The position numbers were made by a program, and so were the translations under genes. A stretch of DNA of 64,000 nt from a bacterium. GTDB taxonomy: Bacteria; UBA8248; JACPRG01; G963555815. The DNA lies in the NCBI GenBank assembly GCA_963555815.3, contig CAUVWX020000002.1:320001-384000 (forward strand), in the 5' to 3' direction. A model generated the notes under the pieces. It was not told the DNA's origin. It did not search any database and saw only the letters and a program-made list of their open reading frames with translations. Position 1 is the first letter of the stretch. Every line of letters begins with the position of its first letter. This document shows positions 62,211 to 64,000 of the stretch, piece after piece.

Positions 62211-62674
62211 GCGACTCCGTAGGGCATTGTCCCCCACCTGCCCCAACGTTGTGGCCGTTGAGTCCCATCTCCCTTTCCAAGCCCCCCTGAGTGGAGTTCC
62301 CCATCGGCTGTCCTCGCACCCCCTCTTCGAAGAAGGAGGAATATGGCCAAGAGCCCGCCTGCAATGGCTGACGCGAGGGCCACTTGGACCCCTTCCCGGG
62401 GCCCCAGGAGGGCGCCAAGGGCAAGGACCAGCTTCAGATCGCCAGCCCCCAAACCTCCTAGCAGATAGGGGATCAGAAAGAAAACCGCCATAAGGACGGC
62501 CCCTCCCAGCGCGAAGAGGAGACCGGTCCACCCTGACCGGGCGAAATGCCATCCAAAGCCGAGGAGCAAGCCCGGGAGGGTCAACCAGTTTGGAATGATC
62601 CCCTTGCGGAGGTCCCAAACCCCGGCTATCCCAACCATCAGGAGGGCAGGAATCCATTCCCCCCCTGATATCAA
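62171..62674 (-). CDS. cpaA: Prepilin peptidase CpaA/TadV (A24)
   Basis: WDL...IPNWL, GAGDLKL (two Asp), MPYGVAIAIG. Confidence 0.9.
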   Translation of the reverse strand: MISGGEWIPALLMVGIAGVWDLRKGIIPNWLTLPGLLLGFGWHFARSGWTGLLFALGGAVLMAVFFLIPYLLGGLGAGDLKLVLALGALLGPREGVQVALASAIAGGLLAIFLLLRRGGARTADGELHSGGLGKGDGTQRPQRWGRWGTMPYGVAIAIGTAWSVLVA

Positions 62675-62720
62675 AGGATGCCCCCTTTTGGGCCTTTAGG
62701 CAGCGTGCAGGAGCCCGCGC

Positions 62721-62888
62721 CTAAAGGCTTCCGACGATGTTGTTCAAAGTGGTGGTGACGCCCCCGCCCAGCAGGGTCAACGCGGCGATGACAGCGATCG
62801 CCACCAGGGCGATGATGAGAGCGTATTCGGTTAGCCCCTGGCCCTCATCTTTTCTCAACCACCTCAAAAGCCCTTTCCACATCTTCAT
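62721..62888 (-). CDS. flp: Flp family type IVb pilin (55 aa; not in ORF track)
   Basis: MKMWKGLLRWLRKDEGQGLTEYALIIALVAIAVIAALTLLGGGVTTTLNNIVGSL*; Flp motif G-QGLTEY; GGAGG RBS. Confidence 0.95.
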   Translation of the reverse strand: MKMWKGLLRWLRKDEGQGLTEYALIIALVAIAVIAALTLLGGGVTTTLNNIVGSL

Positions 62889-62962
62889 TTCCTCCCTCTA
62901 GGCCAACCCATTGGCCGGCACAGCGGAATCGCCCGGACTTTCTCCGACCGGGCACTTTTGCA

Positions 62963-63082
62963 TCACTTTTTCCCTTCGATCATGGTCTTAAGTGCTTTGT
63001 GCCTTCGACTGTCCCGCATCAGGTAAACAATGAACGCCAGGGTCAATGCAGCCAGCCAGAAAATCGCAGTCCCAATCTCCAT
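62963..63082 (-). CDS. 39-aa single-TM small protein (not in ORF track)
   Basis: AAAGGAGAGGG RBS; MEIGTAIFWLAALTLAFIVYLMRDSRRHKALKTMIEGKK*. Confidence 0.55.
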   Translation of the reverse strand: MEIGTAIFWLAALTLAFIVYLMRDSRRHKALKTMIEGKK

Positions 63083-63184
63083 GTCCCTCTCCTTTGAAAA
63101 TAGGCCCCTATCACCTTAAAACACCCTAAAAGCGTTAAATAATATCCTCCTTTTTTTTTCAAAACGTCAATAGATGTCAATACC

Positions 63185-64000
63185 TTATTGGGAAATAACC
63201 AGCAAAAGCTCCCGCACCGCCTTTGCCGCCACAATGGCCGAAACCCCTGAAGGGTCAAGACCGGGGGCCAACTCAACGACATCGGCCCCAACCACCTGAC
63301 ACCCTCTCAGAGCGTGAAGGCCCTCCTCCAACGCCCCAAAGCTCCATCCCCCTGGTTCAGGCGTCCCGGTTCCCGGGAGAACCCCCGGATCCAAAACATC
63401 CAGGTCCAGGGTTAAATAAAGAGGATCATTACGGAAGATACTATTGCAAATGCCGTGCCGTTTCAGAACCTGGATCTGACCGGAGCGACGGGCCAGGCCC
63501 ATTTCCTCCTGGGTCCCGGAGCGGACCCCGCACTGATAAACCACTAAATCCTTCGAGAGCCCCAAAATGCGCCTTATCACCGTTGCGTGGGACAGGCGCT
63601 GGCCTTGGTAATCCTCCCGAAGGTCAGCGTGGGCGTCCAGCTGGAGGAGCTGTAGATGGGGGTGGACCGAGATGGCTGCCTCCAGGAGCGGCAGCGTGAT
63701 CAGGTGCTCTCCCCCAAGCGCCAGAACCCGCCGACCCGAGGAGAAGAGCTGGCGGGCCCTTTGCCGGATGACAGAAAGCGAGCCGTCCAGGTCTCCACGC
63801 GGAAGGGTCAGATCGCCAAGGTCCCCGAAGGAGACCTCCTCCAGATCCCGATTTAGAGCCGGGCTGAAGGTCTCAAGACCCTCTGAGGCCTCCCGGATGG
63901 CCGGAGGACCCAGGCGCGCCCCTTGGCGAAAGGTGACCGTTTCCTCCAGGGGACACCCAAGGAGGAGGGTCTTCGTCTCCCCTGTCCGCTTTGAGGCCAG
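63185..64000 (-). CDS. speB: Agmatinase/arginase family ureohydrolase (5' partial)
   Basis: Open frame to the window edge: GARLGP.AIR.AS, LGGEHLIT, DAHADLR, SHAT, DLDVLDP...PGTGTPEPGG, DVVELAP. Confidence 0.92.
   Translation of the reverse strand: MASKRTGETKTLLLGCPLEETVTFRQGARLGPPAIREASEGLETFSPALNRDLEEVSFGDLGDLTLPRGDLDGSLSVIRQRARQLFSSGRRVLALGGEHLITLPLLEAAISVHPHLQLLQLDAHADLREDYQGQRLSHATVIRRILGLSKDLVVYQCGVRSGTQEEMGLARRSGQIQVLKRHGICNSIFRNDPLYLTLDLDVLDPGVLPGTGTPEPGGWSFGALEEGLHALRGCQVVGADVVELAPGLDPSGVSAIVAAKAVRELLLVISQ

Overview
A GC-rich bacterial chromosomal segment with diderm-type envelope genes; no taxon is assigned. It appears to contain the replication terminus: a 28-bp XerCD dif-like site at 7742-7769, with gene orientation and KOPS-like octamers largely switching polarity across it. 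From left to right: the 3' end of pnp; a five-gene exported peptidoglycan-remodelling operon (TPR-amidase, TPR, LPP20-like, FlgT-N-like, TPR-SpoIID); housekeeping and metabolic genes (PHP, BtpA, M20 amidohydrolase, carbamoyltransferase/GT2/YfhO, crotonase, thiolase, hemB, DUF151, miaB, ROK kinase, nitrilase, secA, lgt, degP); a decaying type I restriction-modification island (HsdR plus fused HsdM-HsdS); moeA, broken comEC, hisS, fxsA, a K+ channel, rhodanese-cysteine synthase and a glucosylglycerate cluster; a Tad/Flp pilus operon; and the 3' part of speB. The most unusual element is the Tad operon. It carries an intact, diverged chimeric gene (secretin periplasmic domains fused to the RcpC/CpaB domain) between cpaB and cpaC, plus a DUF192-methyltransferase fusion and a two-repeat lipoprotein. 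Other notable items are catalytic Cys-to-Ser changes in the thiolase and the nitrilase, an in-frame palindrome inside hsdM-S, several internally deleted gene remnants, and a structured leader before the sulfur operon. Many single-base frameshifts lie in homopolymers and may be sequencing errors. All family assignments come from motifs read by eye; no database searches were run.
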